A DNA stretch of 64,000 nucleotides. Origin: Squalus acanthias (lineage: Eukaryota). The translations under genes and the position numbers were made by a program. Below, piece by piece: positions 61,894 to 64,000 of this stretch; position 1 is the first letter of the stretch; each line of letters opens with the position of its first letter. The notes beneath the pieces were generated by a model. That model ran no database searches, had not been told where the DNA came from, and saw only the letters and a program-made list of their open reading frames with translations. The stretch is taken from positions 123,010,001 through 123,074,000 of the forward strand of contig CM059432.1 of the NCBI GenBank assembly GCA_030390025.1. Reading direction: 5' to 3'.

Positions 61894-63089
61894 TGGTAAA
61901 ATGAGGGTTTTTTATGATTGACGGTAAGAATGAACATTTATAGAGTGTGCGAGCGTTTGGTGTCTAAGTCCCATCCTTTGTATCAATGGAAAATTATTGA
62001 GAATGAAAGCCCTATGGGAAACCTTTTGTAAAAAAAAATCAAAAACAAGTTGAAGCAAAAACTCTTAATTTTTTTGAGGTACCTTTTAAAAGCAAAGGTT
62101 TTATATACTATACGTTAGCTAGTCTTCTGTAACTAGTCAGAAGCTACAGTAAAAGATTCATGCACTGATACAGCTGAGGAGAAAATTGGTGAATGAGGAA
62201 AAAACAGAACTTTATATTTTATATTATTCCAAGTAGTTTTATATTGAGAAGTCAATTGTTCATATACACAGTAGCAAGTTCTGGAAGGACTGTACCATTG
62301 TTCCAGTTTGTGCAAAGGTTCTGACTAAAAGTCCCGATTAAAATGTATATTTCAATAGAATGTGTTGGTAACACTGAAGTACTGTTGCAGAGATATTTGG
62401 TAAAGAAGGAAATATTTAAATGCATTTCATCTTTCCTTAAGTTTTATGTATATTATTTTGTGTTCACTGCAAAACTTACCCCCTAAACAAATGGGTAGAA
62501 AATGGCTGTTCCCCGTATTACACTCAAAAATTGATCAATTTCATTTATATATCTATATACCCGCCTGTCTGCCTGCTTACCTACCAACCTACGCACCTAC
62601 ATACCTGCCATGGGTAAGAAACCAATCAATAAATACTTATTTCATTGTCTTTGGAGATCTCTTACGAACATCTTTGCAAATTCTTTCACTGGAGATATGT
62701 AAACCCTTCCCCACACCCAGCAACCCTTTGCAAAAGCATAACATCTTCCTCGCCATGAGCAGTGCCACAGGAAATCCATTTAAAGTCCATACATGCATAC
62801 TTCCTGTCCATCATATTTCCTTAGTTGCATGTCAACTGTCATACTTGTGATGTGCAATATCTATGTCATGCTTTCACCAGATTGCCTTAAATTTTATATT
62901 AAATCTTTAACCAATCGCAGTCAAACAGGTAGTGTTATGAAATAAACATGAGAAAAGCAGGTAGTTAAACTGTCAATGAAAAAATACTTGGGACTTCTGA
63001 AAGCAATCAATCCTCAGTGGTCATCCAGGAGACTCTTATCAATAAATGAAAGAAGAAGCAGAAGCAACCAAATCACTCAAACTACCTCT

Positions 63090-64000
63090 TGTTCCTCCTC
63101 ATCCCTCTCGACCTGTCTGCAGCCTTTGACACGGTTGTCCACTCCATCCTCCTCCAACGCCTCTCCACCGTCGTCCAGCTGGGTGGGACTGCACTCGCCT
63201 GGTTCCATTCTTATCTATCCAATCGTAACTATAGAATCACCTGCAATGGCTTCTCTTCCCGCTCCTGCACCGTTACCTCTAGTGTCCCCCAAGGATCTAT
63301 CCTTGCCCCCCCCCCCTATTTCTCATCTACATGTTGCCCCTTGGCGACATCATCCTAAAACACAGCGCCAGTTTCCACATGTACACAGACGACACCCAGC
63401 TCTACCTCACCACCACCTCTCAACCCCTCCACTGTCTCTAAATTGTCAGACTGCTTGTTTGACATCCAGTACTGGATGAGCAGAAATTTCCTCCAACCAA
63501 ATATTGGGAAGACCGAAGCCATTGTCTTTGTCCCCGCCACCAACTCCGTTCCCTAGCCACCGACTCCATCCCTCTCCCTGGCAACTGGCTGAGGCTGAAC
63601 CAGACTGTTCATAACCTTGGTGTCGTATTTGACCCCGAGATGAGCTTCTGACCACATCTCCGCGCCATCACTAAGACCGCCTATTTCCACCTCCGTAACA
63701 TCGCCCAACTCCACTCCTGCCTCAGCTCATCTGCTGCTGAAACGCCCATCCATGCCTTTTTTACCTCTAGACTTGACTATTCCAACGCACTCCTGGCCGG
63801 CCTCCCATCTTCCACCCTCCGTAAACTTGAGCTCATCCAAAACTCGGCTGCCCGTGTCCTAACTCGCACCAAGTCCCGTTCACCCATCACCCCTGTGCTC
63901 GCTGACCTACATAGGCTCCCGGTTGAGCAACACCTCGATTTTTAAAATTCTCATCTTTGTTTTCAAATCCCTCCCCGGCCTCGCCCCTCCCTATCTCTGT
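63090..64000 (+). mobile_element. L2 LINE RT fragment running off the window end
   Basis: LDLSAAFDTVVH, SVPQGSIL, NIGKTEAIVF; reverse complement of 55370-56255. Confidence 0.92.

Noticed and set aside
62932..62968. ag|TGTTATGAA (CYE...) as the next RTTN exon
   Set aside because: No pyrimidine tract and an in-frame stop after 11 codons; the next exon is probably beyond the window.

Overview
Eukaryotic genomic DNA, most likely from a cartilaginous fish (shark-type V-SINE, Deu-SINE, CR1, L2, RTE and Penelope families). The window lies inside a + strand rotatin (RTTN) gene. Eleven internal coding exons (9991-54503; 1548 nt, 516 codons) can be read by hand, all GT-AG and phase-compatible; the gene start and end are outside the window. 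The introns are dense with mobile DNA: two RTE LINEs, several CR1 and L2 LINEs, tRNA-derived SINEs, many Harbinger/PIF-like MITEs with 3-bp target duplications, a decayed intron-containing Harbinger-type Myb/SANT gene, a Tigger/pogo-like MITE, a hAT-like element and Penelope-like (GIY-YIG) fragments. The most notable signal is seven minimal hammerhead-ribozyme motifs in Penelope-type terminal repeats. Two have intact cores on the RTTN sense strand in one intron, one ~80 nt after a splice donor and faced by an inverted copy. Also notable are an RTE inserted near the apex of a 30-bp-stem palindrome within a three-level nested insertion, and a candidate MITE-derived poison exon. Most short ORFs in the supplied track are noise or repeat fragments. 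Family names come from motif recognition, not database searches, and repeat boundaries are approximate unless a TIR or TSD is quoted.
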